This document shows positions 1 through 13,800 of a stretch of 64,000 nucleotides of DNA, piece after piece. This stretch comes from Sphyrna mokarran (Eukaryota), in the NCBI GenBank assembly GCA_024679065.1, contig JAGIQG010000013.1:34968001-35032000 (forward strand), read 5' to 3'. The position numbers and the translations under genes are program-made. How positions within the stretch are numbered: the first letter of the stretch is position 1; each line of letters starts with the position of its first letter. The notes beneath the pieces were generated by a model, which did not search any database, was not told where the DNA came from, and saw nothing but the letters and a program-made list of their open reading frames with translations.

Positions 1-2734
1 CAAAATCTGCCTCAATCAGTGTCTCCTGCGACACACTGAGTAATGGGTTATTGGATGACATCTCACCCAATATTTTTAATCCAAGTGAAAGATTTTGGTT
101 TTGATTCCCTGGTTTTTATCTGTCAGGTACTAGGACAATAGAGGCACCTATATACAAATATATTAGGCACAGAAAACACTTTGTACTTCTGAATGTCTCC
201 CAGTGATCTCTGTTAACGATGTTTGGGCACGCACTTGCACGACTGAATGTGATCATGACGCCCCCTTTGGTCAAACAATATTCTCAGTGATGTTCATTGC
301 CTACACTAGCAGCTAAAGAAAGGCCAAGTTATGTGACAGCTAGTGTGACCTCGGAACTATCCTAAAAATAATTAAATGCCTTCAGGTCCAGTGGAGTGAA
401 AATGGACTTTCTAAAAAAAAACAATGGAACTTCAAAGAAAAGTTGTTAATAGTTCAAGTTCAGTAGCAATCTAAAATAAAGTACTCCATTAAATGGGTGT
501 GATGTACAACACACAGCGATTTTGAGCCCAAAACTCTCCATATGTCTGTTTTCCGGAGTGGTGTCCAAATGCCATAAGATTGGAAAAGTGCAATTCACAT
601 CAGTGTATTCGAGTGATGCAATTTTCAAAGCCCTTCCCCAGTGGAGTAATGTACATCACCCCAAGCAAGGATGAGGAGCTCATTTTAATACATTTGCATC
701 TCACTACCAGGCACTCTCATTGGGTTTTCATCCATGGCGGAATATTCATAGGGGGCCAGAGTGACATCGTGCCAACTACTCTATAAAAAAAATGAACCTG
801 GCACCTTTACCTATGAGGGGGACTTCGGAGGTGAGCGCTTAGGGGAACATTACCATAGAGGTGCTCAGGGCTCTGGGAACACAGGACATGGGGGATGCAG
901 ATAAGTGTAACTTGGGGATAGCAGGTTTAGTCACACAGTTTCAGAGGGAATCCTATCTTCCAGTTGTCTCAGAGTGTTCCCTGCCTCAAAGGGGTCCAGT
1001 GGCTGGCTTGCAGGCAGCACCTCCTGTGTCCTCTCTTCCATGCAGTGGGTGCCTAACCTTTGTGTGTATTTGATTTTGGGTCACATGAGAGAATGCAGAA
1101 GATCAGTATTGGTTTCCAATCTGAGCCCCCATTTGGTGTGAGGGCAGTCTCTGAGGGCACAGTGGGGGAGGTTTTAGTTTTTTCTATTCATTCATGGAAC
1201 ATGAGCATCGCTAGCTTGCCAGCACTTACTGCCCATCCCTAGTTGGCTGAGGGCAGTTGAGAGTCAACCACATTATTGTGGCTCTGGAGTCACAAATAGG
1301 CCAGACCAGGTAAGGATGTCAGATTTTCTTTCCTTAAAGGACATTAGTGAACTAGATGTATGAACCAGTGAACCAGGCTTGATAATCCTCCAATATGGGG
1401 GAGGGAGGGCTGCAATGTATTTTGAACCCCAGGCAACAGTGTGAGCACAAAAGGGTTTAGCTGCATGGAAGTTCAAACCCACTTCTCAGGGAAGTTTGAC
1501 TGTCAGGAATAAGTCTTGGTGTGTATGGCTGTGATTGATGGAAGGTAGTTTATCTTTATAGTCTTGTAGCCTGGGAGAATGAGGTGTCCTCCAGGAATGT
1601 GTTCCACATACTAATTGCAGTCTTATCGGTACCCTTGTCATCCATAAGAGGAAGCCAGTTGCCAAGATAATAATCAAATTCTTCCTTGAATGGTGAATCC
1701 TGCTGAAAGAGACCAATGTGGGGATGTGTCTATAGTCTGAGGCAAGGGTATGAGGGATAGTGGACAGGCACTCACTAAGTGGGGACCACTACAGTGGAAG
1801 TCCTTTGGGCATTGAGGGACAAAAGTCAGGGCTCTGTTATGAATCCTCAGAGCTCTTGTGGTATTCTCCTCTTTTCAGTGCATGATTCTGGAGAATCAAG
1901 GACTCACCTCAGATGAGGGGGAGGCTGGGCCTGAAGCTATTGTGGGAACAGCACTATAGATGCTACAGCCTCATAGGACTCATTATCAAAAAAGGATCTT
2001 CCTCCTCCCCAGCCAGCTCATATGCTGTCTTCTCAAACAGCGTGAGGAATCTGAGCTCTAGTTTAATTCCACAATGCTGAATATGCTTCCCAGGCAGGGG
2101 GCGGTCACCTTGCTGAAAGGACTTCTGAACGACTGTGGATTGAGGACATCACACATCTGCTGCACACCATCCATGAGTTTGGTCAGGACTTCCTCTAAGA
2201 ATTGAATGCTATCTTCCTGATAGGCATTCTGACCAATGAAACTAGAACAAGTGCTGGGAAAACATTTATATGGAGCTATCCATTGATTGCAGCATTTAAG
2301 TTACTCTGAGGTGAGCAAATCGGCAGGACACTGCCACAAATGCAGTGTGAAAATTGTTAAAGAAGGTCAAAATCCCATGAGAAATCCCACCATTTTTGTC
2401 ACCATAACTGTCACTTTGCCAAATTCTGGTAACTTTGCTTCCCACATATACCATTGCGGTGAGTGAGTATCCAATAGCAACACTGTCACTCAGCTGAAGC
2501 AGGTGGTGTAGCCAAATGAAATAAAGGGTTTTTTTGAAGTCTTGCATTTCATCATTTTACGTCTGGATATAATTAGTTGAAAAGACTGAGATCAAATACA
2601 AAATCCTAGCACTCAATGTTAATTCATATTTCAGAGAATAATCCTCAGTTGTTGGTGATTTGCAATCTTTACAATGCTAACATTTTCTGACTGACAGCCA
2701 AATGAGTTAGAATGAAATGTATTTTAGATAATTG

Positions 2735-3045
2735 AATCCCTACACTATAGATGAAGGCCATTCCTCTCATCGAGTTTGTATTGACCATAATATCCACTCA
2801 GGCCCTATTCCCGTAACTCTCATTTACCCAGCTAATCCCTTTGATACAAAGGTCAATTTAGCATGATCAATCAATCTAACTCACACATCTTTAGACTATG
2901 GAGGATAACCAGAATACTCAGAGGAAGCTCACGCTGACATGAGGAGGAAGTGCAAACTCCACACAGACAGTGACCTGAGGCTGGAATTGAACCTGTGTCC
3001 CTGACGCTATGAGATAGCAGTGCTAATCACAGTGCCACTATGTCG
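2735..3045 (-). mobile_element. HE1-type V-SINE
   Basis: tRNA-like A/B boxes and V-domain core. Confidence 0.8.
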
Positions 3046-3229
3046 TTCTAAGTTGTGGACAAATAGACACCTTTTCTCATCACGCCAATCCAGCAATCCC
3101 TCAGATTAACAAAACATGAATAAAAGACAAGTGGGCCTCAGTCTTTTATCAACAGTAGTCCCAAAATATCAATTTGAAAACAGTACAAATAAATGTATTA
3201 ATGCTCTTGTGTGCACCTGATTGTTTGGA

Positions 3230-3760
3230 AGACTTACAGCTGTCAAGAAAAGAAGTTCAACAATTTCCATCTTCACTGTCTGTGTTTTGGGCATATCCTG
3301 GCAGTATAGAGTCACAAAGGTAGCAATCTCCTCAAAGGCGGAGCTCCCAAGTTTGTCAGCACTCTTTACACAGAGACAGCTTTATTGCTTTAGGCACACT
3401 GTCAAGATGGAAGATGATTGTGTACCCAGAACATCTTTGTGCGGTACGGCAGACAGAGCCAGATGACCCGTAGGACATCTCCAGAGTTCCACTTCAAGAG
3501 TGACATGAAGCCTTAGACATTGATTGTCACAATAGGAGTCATTTACTAATGGCAGAAGAAAATGGCACCATTGCCTGTAAGCTGGTACTTGACACCATGA
3601 TGACAAGTGGCTACACTGGCTTGGCAACAGATGCCAACACTGAATACACCAATATACAATGCTACAAATGTAGCTTCACATGGGACATTTGTGGCAGAAC
3701 CTGCTCCTCAGGGATTCAGCCTTGGCTGCACATCTGAAGCTTGTGCAGAAAGGGAAAATG
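3230..3760 (+). mobile_element. Degenerate RTE-type LINE 3' fragment
   Basis: ILGISWQYRVT, KMEDDCVPR, C-terminal ICGRTC. Confidence 0.6.
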
Positions 3761-3999
3761 GGTAGACCCTAAGGAAGTCATGTGATCCTCCACACCCAAT
3801 TGTTCTTGCTGCATTCTCTTAATATCCCAGTAGTAAACAAAATACAGTCCATTGATACTAGATATGTTGTCCCCTTTGCGTTCCCAGTGTATTGTGTTAA
3901 CAAATAACTTAATTAAGTTGACAATAATTCATAATGCATTCAGTTCAGTACAGCATGTGTCCACACTGTGTAGAAAAAGTATCAAAACAATTTACTTAC

Positions 4000-4070
4000 T
4001 TCATTTGCTGATTCATCTATTGATATTTCACTTATTTGATTACCAACATTTTTGCTGTGGATCGATGAAT
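4000..4070 (-). CDS. Gene A exon: cytoplasmic segment (DSSIHSKNVGNQISEISIDESANE)
   Basis: cttaacag acceptor and GAA|gtaagt consensus donor; 71 nt, phase 1-0, open in frame after the TM exon; the final exon was not confidently identified. Confidence 0.62.
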
Positions 4071-4759
4071 CTGTTAAGTATATCATCAACATTAGAAATG
4101 TGTTAGAGTAACATTTTGTATAGTGGTGTATGTAATGAGATGCAACAATAAAAATAATCTATAACTGTGAAATTTGTTTCTATAAATTATTTGCGTGCAC
4201 ATTACTGGTGCTAATTACACCAAGTCATTCAACAAAAACATGCATTAAAGGCAAATTATAATGTTAATCAGACTGTAACCTTGATTTGACACAGCGCTGC
4301 CAGTTTGGATGTCAACACTCCATCTCTCACCCAACTGAACAGGTATTTAGGAACAGAAGGTTCTTAAGAAACAATCAATTACATGCAGATTGGTCACTGA
4401 TTGATTTTGACCTGTAATTGTAAAGTGTTTGGTGGTTTTCAGATTTGGTCAAGTTGTTAAGTGGGGTGGCATATAGTTCCAATTGCCAAGGATTCTACAT
4501 AAACCACTTGCTCCATGCACATGTGCATTACTTTGTCTCCTATTTAGCCTACTGCTTGACAGGGAGACTAAGCAGAGGTGACACAGAACAGGAAAAACTG
4601 CAGCAAGAGGAAGGACACGGTATCTCAGTAGGGGGAGCTATATTTACTCAGAATGTTCAGGTGGCATTCTTCTACCTAAGTTCATCAAGAAACAATATGT
4701 TTAACATCTCCAGTTGACTAAGGAGACCCCCACTGAAATCTGCCCTCTTTTGCAGCCTC

Positions 4760-5900
4760 AACAACCTTAGCAATGTGATGGAGGATGTGACATACTGAAA
4801 ACTTCATTCAATGCTGGTATCTTTAGCTTTGATGGTAGCGTACTGAGCCTGTGTAATGGCAAACTGAACTTGCTTGACTTAATTCTGACTTTTTATGGAA
4901 CCTAGAGGTTGAATGATTTCTATTTGTGGTGCAATAGAGGCTGAGACATCAGGCATTAGATGCTGGATCATGAATGAGTACACATGCATTACATGGAACT
5001 GGACAGCAAGGCCACCAAGCTCTGCACAAAATGTAGTACAAATTGATGCAGGTACCTCCATTGACAAGCCTACCATTGCACCAAGCATTTCAATCATCAT
5101 ATTCTTTTCAAAACTGCAATGTCTTCCCTGTTCAGTACTGCCACCCCATCTCCCTGTCTCACTTCTCTATCTTCTCTGAACAATATATATGCATAATATA
5201 AAGCATCCATTTTAAGCCATGATTCTGATATTGCCACCACATCGTATTCCTTGTGTGGTTCTAGCTCATCAACTTTATTTTTTAACTTTGTATGTCTACA
5301 AACATGCATTCTTAGTCTGTATTTGCATTCCTTGTAACTCTTCTTAGTCATCTTCAATCTAATATAGTACTAAATTCTTCCCTGGTACTATCCAACAGTC
5401 TCAATGAATACATCTTTTTTCTCGTTTTATGCTTGTATATGCTGCTGCCTATTCACCTGGAAATTCAGTTTAAACCATCTCCAATCACACTGGTGCACAT
5501 TCCTGTGTGTACATTAGTCCTGGTCTTATGGAGATATGACCTGTCCTCGTTGAATATGTCTTTTTGCTCCAGGATTAGTTCCAAGGCCCCAAGAATCTGA
5601 AGCCCTCCATCCTACCTCATGCCTCAAGCCAATCATTCATTCTTCCTATCTTCTTATTTCTATCAACATCTGCACAAACACTAGAAGCAATCCTGTACTT
5701 CTGAAAATATGCCTGTAAAACTTCAGTACCTGCTCTCACTACCATTGATACTGAAATGTAGGACAATTTTTGGCTTACTTGCTTCTCTTTGCAGCATATT
5801 CTTCATCCTTTTCATGATGTCCTTTCTTCTGGCACCAGACAGGCAATACACTATGTGAGATTCAGGATGACAATTGGAGACATGCCTGCCCATCCACTTC
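4760..5900 (-). mobile_element. Degenerate CR1 5' region (ORF1 esterase-like and ORF2 EN remnants)
   Basis: CLSGARRKDI...KIVLHFSIN (ORF1 SGNH-like); YDVVAISESWL...GDGVA (APE). Confidence 0.7.
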
Positions 5901-6405
5901 ACTATGGAATCTGCCTCTCTAACAAACACAAAATCCTGGAACTCCCTCTCTAACGGCACTATGAGCATACTTACAGAAAAATGGACTGCAGCAGTTCACC
6001 AATACCTTTTCAAGGGCAAATGGGGATGGGCAATAAATGCTGGCCTAGCCAGCAATACCCATGTAGCAGATGAATTTTTAAAAACCTCTTTGCTGTTCTC
6101 TCCCATTGGTACCCATTGGTGCCATGTCTGGACTGCACTCTTTCAAGACATTGTTACTCCTAGTAATATCCAGTGTTGAGTACCAGTTTGAGATGCTATG
6201 CACACCAAGGAGCCCTGCACTTCTTGCTTCTTCCTACTTTTCCGAATGGCCAACATCTACTATCCTGAACTCTCACCGCTTGCAGGAATATGATCGTTTT
6301 TGCTTTTCTTTGTTGGAATTATTGATTTTAATTTAATTGAATTTAAATATAATTTTCAATACAAATTAATTAAGTTACAAAATAAAATGTATTTTATCCA
6401 ATTAC

Positions 6406-6510
6406 CTTTTCCATTCTTCAGTTTACAGCACAAACTCTTAATGATCCAAAGGCAAACAGGTACAATTAGGATCAGACCAAGCAGGCTGAAGTAATAGTAC
6501 TTGGAAACAT
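6406..6510 (-). CDS. Gene A exon: transmembrane segment (DVSKYYYFSLLGLILIVPVCLWIIKSLCCKLKNGK)
   Basis: aattttgaag acceptor and G|gtaatt donor; 105 nt, phase 1-1, in frame with C1; about 20 hydrophobic residues followed by a basic/Cys stop-transfer. Too short for the ORF track. Confidence 0.78.
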
Positions 6511-6865
6511 CTTCAAAATTACAATTGAAATGTGAATCAAAATCATGAATAACAATTAATTATAATTATAAACATAACCAATGTTTATGCAATAATTTTC
6601 AATACAATTCTTCAGATATGTTATTTAAAGCACATATTGTATCAGGGGTACATTTAGCAACTGTCACTTTTGTTTTACTGGTGAAATGAACAAATAGGAT
6701 TCACTCAGCAGGAACTCCACTGAGGATTGATGTTGCAAATGTTTCCATTTGTACAAATAGTGATATTGTATCCATTATTCTATTTCTACTAATAATTCAT
6801 AAAGGAATGTAGCAGTCTTTCACTGGTGAGAGGAGAAAGCCTCCTCTACCACTGAGTCTTTATGG

Positions 6866-9452
6866 TAAGTGTCAGATTAGAAGGGGAGGAAGACGCTGGT
6901 ACATATGGTCTATAGGCCCCCTTATAGCAACTTTGAAGTGGGGAAGGCTATAAACAAGCAAATAAGAGATGCGTGCAGAAACGAGACAGTGTTAGTAATG
7001 GGCGATTTCAATCTGCGCATTGACTGGGTGACGCAAGTCGGACACGGCGGGCTGGAGGAAGAGTTTTTGGAATGCTGTAGGGATGGGTTCCTTGAACAGT
7101 ATGTTACGGAACTGACGAGAGAGCGTGCTTTCTTAGAACTAGTACTATGTAATGAGATGGGTAGAATTAGGGATATTCATGTGAGGGATCCTCTAGGGAT
7201 GAGTGATCATAGTATGGTAGAATTTATGATGCAGATGGAGGATGAGGTAGTGGAGTCCCAGAGCTGTGTACTAAGCTTGAACAGAGGGGACTATGATCGG
7301 ATGAGAGAGGAATTGGCTACTGTGGATTGGAGGAGTGCGCTGGTTGGTAGGACGGCAGAGGAACAGTGGGGGATTTTTAAAGAGATCTTTTTTGGTACTC
7401 AGCAGAAATATATTCCGATGGTGAAGAAGGACTGTAGGAGAAGGGAAAATCAGCTGAGGTTCTCCAAGGAAATTAGGGAGAGTATTAAATCTAAAGCTGA
7501 GGCATTCAGAACAGCTAAAAATAGTGGGAAATCGGAGGATTGGGAAAGTTTTAAACAACAGCAGAGAGTGACTAAAAAAGGGAAGATGGAATATGAGGCT
7601 AAACTAGCTTGCAACATCAAAAAGGACAGTAAGAGTTTTTATAAGTATATAAAGAAAAGGAGGATGGCCAGAGTAAATGTAGGACCCTTGGAGGATGAGA
7701 GGGGTGGTTTAATGGTGGGTGACAGGGATATGGCAGAGACCTTGAATAAGTTTATTGTGTCGGTCTTTATGGAGGAGGATGTAAATAGCTTGCCCGAACT
7801 CAAGGATAGAAGCGTGGTAGGAGATGAGGTCCTTGATGAGATTACAGTCACTAGCGAGGTGGTGCTTGATAGGCTAATGGGGCTGAGGGCAGATAAGTCC
7901 CCAGAACCGGATGGAATGCATCCCAGGGTTCTCAAGGAAATGGCAGAGGTGATAGTGGATGCCCTGGTAATTATCTTTTCAAAATTCGCTGGACTCCGGA
8001 AAAGTGCCAGAAGATTGGAAAACGGCTAATGTTACGCTGCTGTTTAAAAAGGATAGCAGACAGAAAGCAGGGAATTATAGGCTGGTTAGTTTAACGTTTC
8101 TAGCAGGAAAAATGTTTGAATCTGTAGTCAAAGCAGAAATAATGAGTCACCTGGATACAAACGGTTTGATTAAGTAGATGCAGCATAGATTCGTTAAGGG
8201 GAAGTTGTGCTTGACGAATTTATTGGAGTTCTATGAGGAAGAGACTAGTGTGGTAGATAGAGGAGAATCAGTGGATGTGGTGTTTTTGGATTTCCAGAAA
8301 GCATTTGATAAGGTGCCTCACAAAAGATTGCTGCAGAAGGTTAAAGGAGTCGAAGGTAGGGTGTTAGACTGGATAGAGGATTGGTTGTCTAATAGGAAGC
8401 AGAGGGTAAGTATTAATGGGTGCTATTCTGATTGGCAGCTGGTGACTAGTGGAGTGCCCTAGGGATCAGGGCTGGGGCCTCAACTATTTACCATTTACAT
8501 AAATGATCTGGAGGAAGGGGTAGAGTGCAGGGTGACGAAATTTGCTGATGACACAAAGATGAGTGGAAAAGCAAATTGCGAGGAGGGTGTGGAAAGCCTG
8601 CAGAGGGATCTGGTTAGGTTGAATGAATGGGCGAGGACCTGGCAGATGGAGTATAATGTTAGCAAGTGTGAGGTTATCCACTTTGGTAAGAATAATGATA
8701 GGAAGGACTACTATTTAAATGGAGAAAAGTTGCAGCATGCGACGGTGCAGAGGGACCTGGAGGTCTTTGTGCACCAATCATAAAAACACAGTCTGCAGGT
8801 GTAGAAGGTGATTAAGAAGGCGAATGCAATGTTGGCCTTTATAGCTAGGGGGATAGAATATAAAAGTAGGGAGGTTCTGTTGCAGCTGTATAGGGTACTG
8901 GTGAGGCTGCACTTTTGGTCTCCACATTCGAGGAAGGATATATTGGCCTTTGAGGGGATGCAGAGAAGGTTTACTAGGCTGATACCGGAGATGAATGTGT
9001 TGGATTATGAGGAGAGACTGAATAGGTTTGTACTCTTTGGCGTTTAGAAGGCTGAGAGGGGATCTCTTAGAAATGTATAAGGTCATGAAGGGGATGGATA
9101 GGGTAGAGGTTGAGAGACTCTTCCCACTTGACAAAGATAGCAGGACTAGAGGGAACAACTTCAAGATTGGGGAGGGGGGGATGGTTCAGATCGGAGTTGC
9201 AGAGGGGTTTCTTCACGCAGAGGGTGGTGAATCTTTGGAATTCTCTGCCTGATCAGATGGTGGAGGCTTCCTCACTGAATATGTTCAAGTCAAGAGTGGA
9301 TAGGTTTTTAATTGACAAGGGAATTAAGGGTTACGGGGAGAAAGCAGAAAAGTGGTACTGAACCACTACAGATCAGCCATGATCTTATTGAATGGTGGGG
9401 CATGCTCAAGGGGCTGTATGGCCTACTCCTGCTCCTATTTCTTATGTTCTTC
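6866..9452 (+). mobile_element. CR1/HER1-type LINE, 5'-truncated, ORF2 (EN-RT) pseudogene
   Basis: VYRPP, MGDFN, SDH (EN); DFQKAFDKVPH, SGVP, KFADD (RT); frameshifts and stops; CR1 3' tail. Confidence 0.93.
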
Positions 9453-9691
9453 TGTTTTATTACACTTGAGCAACATTATTATTGCTTGGAAGGATGTCAC
9501 ACCTCACAGCTTATGTGCATCAAGTAGCCGGCTGAATCATATTATCATCTTTAATTGAAACACACCTCAAAAAAAAACACATTGCAAAAATAGCAGCATT
9601 TTAGCACCCTAAGAGATGGTTTTACAATATTTTCACATTATATCAAACAGCTGCACAGCACTTAAAAATAAATATGAAACCTAAGGAGTTG

Positions 9692-10065
9692 CCTAGTGCT
9701 TCATGTTGTTAGTGTATGCTTAAACTGGACCATCTGATGGGCAACATGACAGCTCAGAGACTATCGCTGTTGCTGTGCTGACACATGGATTTGGGCCGGT
9801 GTCTGCGGGAGTTTGCGCGTTCTCCTCGTGGTTGCGTGGGTTTCCTCCAGGTGCTCCGGTTTCCTCCCACATCCCAAAAATGTGCTCTTAGGCTGATTGG
9901 GTAACAAATTGTCCCTACATTGGTCCCTATATGGGAATCTTCAACAATAGGCATAGCCTAAAGACAAGGATATGTCATTAGGACGTTAGGACGGCGACAT
10001 GGGCTCGTTGGGCCGAAGGGCCTGTTTCCTGTGCTGTGTTGCTCTTTGTTCTTTGTTGTTGTTGT
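9692..10065 (+). mobile_element. 5'-truncated copy of the CR1/V-SINE chimeric 3' end
   Basis: CCTAGTGCTTCATGTTGTTAGTGTATGCTT...GATGGGCAACA matches the reverse complement of 48680-48730, followed by the V-SINE core and tail. Confidence 0.75.
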
Positions 10066-11859
10066 TCTAAGATAGATTGTCCTTCTGGTCTCTTAACACT
10101 TACACAATCAGTAACAAATTTACTGGGGGTGGATCAATAATAAGCTTATCTATGCTTGAATGTAGAAAACTGACACTCCACCACCCCCTTACGGAACCCA
10201 CACCGTCTCATCCTCACACCTCCTATAGTTAATGCATCAGCTTGAAAGATAGTAAAACCTCTTCTCCTTGCTCAAATTATCGGTAATTACAGAACTAGTT
10301 TACAATGTTTGCATTTTTCTCATACCATCTCTTTATCTCTTTCATTTACCTATATATAACTATAAAGCTTCTTCAACAACACCTTGCAAACATGTGAACC
10401 CTACCACCTAGAAGCACATGGAGGAACACCACCACCTGCGAGTTCCCTCTAAGCCACAAACTATCCTGACTTGGAAATATATATCTGTGTCTTCACTGTC
10501 ACTGGGTCAAAATCTTGCGACTCCCTCTCTAACACCACAGTAGGTGTAACTACACTGCATGGATTGCAGCAGTTCAAGAAGATGACTCACCACCACTTCT
10601 CAAAGACAATTATGGATGGACAATAAAAAAATGCTGGCCTAGCCAGCAATGCCCATGTCCGATGAAAACAGTAAATAAAAAGGTTACCTCGTAAAGATGG
10701 TTAGTATTATTTCTGGTTTCAATCAATACACATAAGGCAACCATCAGTGTTTTCAATTAAGAGTTAGCACTTTACTCCTCGTATTTCAAAAAGAAAACTT
10801 TAATTTTTCTTTTAATTGCTATGGAAGTTGTCAGCATAATCAAATGATTTGATAGTTAGAACTGGAAACTCTCAGGACAAAGCTGCTTGAAGGACAGAGC
10901 TGGAATCAATCAGATACTGTGTATTTTCATTTTCTTAGGTGGAAACATAAGATTAACAGCTGGGGAAAAGCTGATATTTTCTGGCTTCATGTTTGTAGAT
11001 GTGCTAATTTAATGTTTATTCCTAACTAAATTATTTATAGCAAATAAACTATGAAACTTCAGTGATTTCCATTTTTATTTTCATGCAAGTGACTTGGAGC
11101 ATTTCTGTTTGATGTTTCAGATGAGAAGTTCTTTTCTTAGTGAAGAGTTGCAGCCTACCTTTTTAAGATCACTGGGTGTTTCTTCTTTGCGAGAGCACCA
11201 ACAATTTTCAGTTAAGAATAATGTTTGCCTTGGTTACAGAATTGCCTTTGGAAATTGACAGCGTGATGCAGTTGATTCGATTTTTTTTAAGAAATGTTAC
11301 TTGCCATTAAATTTTGATTTACAACATTGCTGGGAAGTGCTTTGAGGTACTTTTAGTCTGTTAAAGGTATTACATAAATATTTCTCCAAATAGATCTCAT
11401 ACATTCATCATTCAAATCTGATATTTTCTGCAATGTCTAAATCACCCTTCTGCTATCTGTTTGTCAACGCTAGACAGAATACAGACCGTCATGACAAATC
11501 GCACCCTTTACAACTCTCAATCTCGCACGTTGCCTTCATGGGTGGGAGACATATTGTGGGCTGCCGTTGAACTACGAACTCTTTTGAAGCAGCTGGTCAG
11601 CTTTTGTTAGTTTTCTGACCTGACAGATGCTAAAAGCAGCATAAAATGTCAAATTGAAAATTACTATATTTAAACCTCCCACTTTGGAAACAAAAAACAA
11701 TATTAGACAGCCTACAAGAGGAAATCTTCCACCTTACTGACATTTCTGTATTCTGTAGTATTATAAATGACAGGATATGCTGGAAATAATCTGCTGGTCT
11801 CACAGCATCTGTGGAGAGGAAAACAATGTGTTCTGATGGAAGGTCATTGACATGGGAGC

Positions 11860-12146
11860 AGTCTGGTGGCAAGGTGGTTAGCACTGCTGCTTCATAGTGC
11901 CAGGGACCTGGGATCGATTTCCTGCTTGGGTGACTGTCTGGGTGGAGTTTGCATGTTCTCCCCATGTCTGCATGGTTTTCCTCCAGGTGCTTCAGTTTCC
12001 TCCCACAGTCCAAAAAATATACTGGTTAGGTGGATTGGCCAGGCTAACCCGGACAGGTGCTGGAGTATGGCAACTAGAGGATTTTTGCAGTAAATTCATC
12101 ACAGTGTTAATGTAAGTCTACATGTGGCTAATAAATAAACTTTACT
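11860..12146 (+). mobile_element. HE1-type V-SINE (alternative tail)
   Basis: GTGGTTAGCACTGCTGC head; GGAGTTTGCATGTTCTCCCC core. Confidence 0.85.
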
Positions 12147-12667
12147 AAAATATTAATTCTGTTCCCTCTCCACTAAAGCTACCTGACTTGATGAGTAAAA
12201 TCAGCCATGATTGAATGGCAGAGCAGTCTCAATGGGCTGAGTGGCCTAATTCTGCCCCTTATAGTCTTTTGAGTACATTCAGCATTTTGTGTTTTTATTT
12301 CAGTTTTCCAGCATTTGCATTATTTTGCTTCTGTAGGAGTTCAGTATTTATTCTTCAGAGTTACAATGCCACTTCTGCTTGATATGTACCCAGAAAGAGA
12401 TTGTATTAGTCAAATTGCACTCTCTTTCCCTAATATTTCTTAAACTAGTAATGAATTCACTACACGCCAAGATTACTTTGAAAAGTTTCTAGTTTGCATA
12501 CAGACACATTTCACCAACCCTCACCTTCTCAAGCACTTCAAGCAACTTTGTAACGATAGCTTTCAACTCTGCTAAACAATATATTTATATGTCATCTCCT
12601 TGTTTCTTTTCCACATGTTGCCTTAAAAGTTCCATTTCTTTTAATGCCAAGATTGAAAAAAGTTGAA

Positions 12668-12958
12668 AGTTTATTTATCAGTGTCTCAAGTAGGCTTACA
12701 TTAACAGTGCAATAAAGTTACTGTGAAAATCCTGTACTCACTATATTCCAAAACCTGTTCATGTACACTGAGGGAGAATTTACCATGACCAGTGCACCTA
12801 ACCTGTATGTCTTTTGGACTGTGGGCAGAAACAGGAGAACCCAGGAGAAACGTATGCAGACGTAGGGAGAACATGCAGACTCTGCACAGACAGTGATCCA
12901 AACCAGGAATCAAACCCAGGTCCCTGAGGCTGAGAGGCAGCAGTGCTAACTATTGCAT
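12668..12958 (-). mobile_element. HE1-type V-SINE (alternative tail)
   Basis: Reverse-complement head and core. Confidence 0.85.
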
Positions 12959-13289
12959 CAAATATGAAGACATATTCTTATTAGCTAAGCTTAAGTGAGC
13001 AGAGGTTGAAAACAGACTTTAAAATGGTCTGACTTGTGAATGAATGAATTGAGTGGACACTATTTTGTTTCTTGCACATACACTCCAGAATCTAAAATCC
13101 CAATGAATTATGCCTATTAACCACTGAAATTAGTAAGTTTAGTGATCTTAAGATTGTGGTAATAGTGTTATATCATCTGTGAGCTGAAAGCAGGATGGTT
13201 GCCTGTATACAGCTATAGCAAAATCAATTGTGGAAACTTATCAGTAGACATGAAAATGTAAAATTAGGAACACAAGACTTAGTAGCAGG

Positions 13290-13800
13290 TCACCCTGTAT
13301 AGAAAAGATATTATTAAACTAGAAAGAGTACAGCAAAGATTTACTAGGATGTTATCGGGATTTGATGGATTGAGTAATAGGGCAAGGCTGAACAGACTGG
13401 GACTTTTCTTTCTGGAGCTTAGGAGGCTGAGGGGTGACCTTATGGAAGTCTATAAAATAATGAGGAGCATAGTCAATATCTTTTCCCAAAGATAGAGGGC
13501 ATAGGTTTAGGGTGAGAAGGGAGAGATACAAAAGAACCCAGAGAAGCAATTTTTTTAGACAGAGGGTGGTGAGTGTCTGGAACAAAATGCCAGAGATAGT
13601 AGTGGAAGCAGTACAATTTTAACTTTCAAAAAGCATTTAGATAGTTACATGGATATGATGGATATAGAAGGATATGGGCCAAATGCAGGCAATTGGGATT
13701 AGTTTAGGGGTTTAAAAAAAGGGCAGCATGGACAAGTTGGGCCGAAGGGCCTGTTTCCATACTATAAACCTCTATGACATTGTGACTTTATGATCCTATG
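13290..13800 (+). mobile_element. CR1 3' fragment
   Basis: Degenerate RRLRGDL-type sequence and GGGCCGAAGGGCCTGTTTCC tail. Confidence 0.8.

Noticed and set aside
1-2300. Possible degenerate Tx1/L1- or LTR-type element
   Set aside because: Looks like decayed TE coding sequence, but no motif was clear enough to assign a family
4345-4411. Alternative gene A cytoplasmic exon GQNQSVTNLH
   Set aside because: It ends in phase 0, which shifts the 4070 exon away from the frame that stays open to its consensus donor; unresolved without cDNA
4560-4622. Possible small exon (plus-strand GRLSRGDTEQEK..., or minus-strand hydrophobic DTVSFLLLQFF...)
   Set aside because: Weak splice sites and no partner exons
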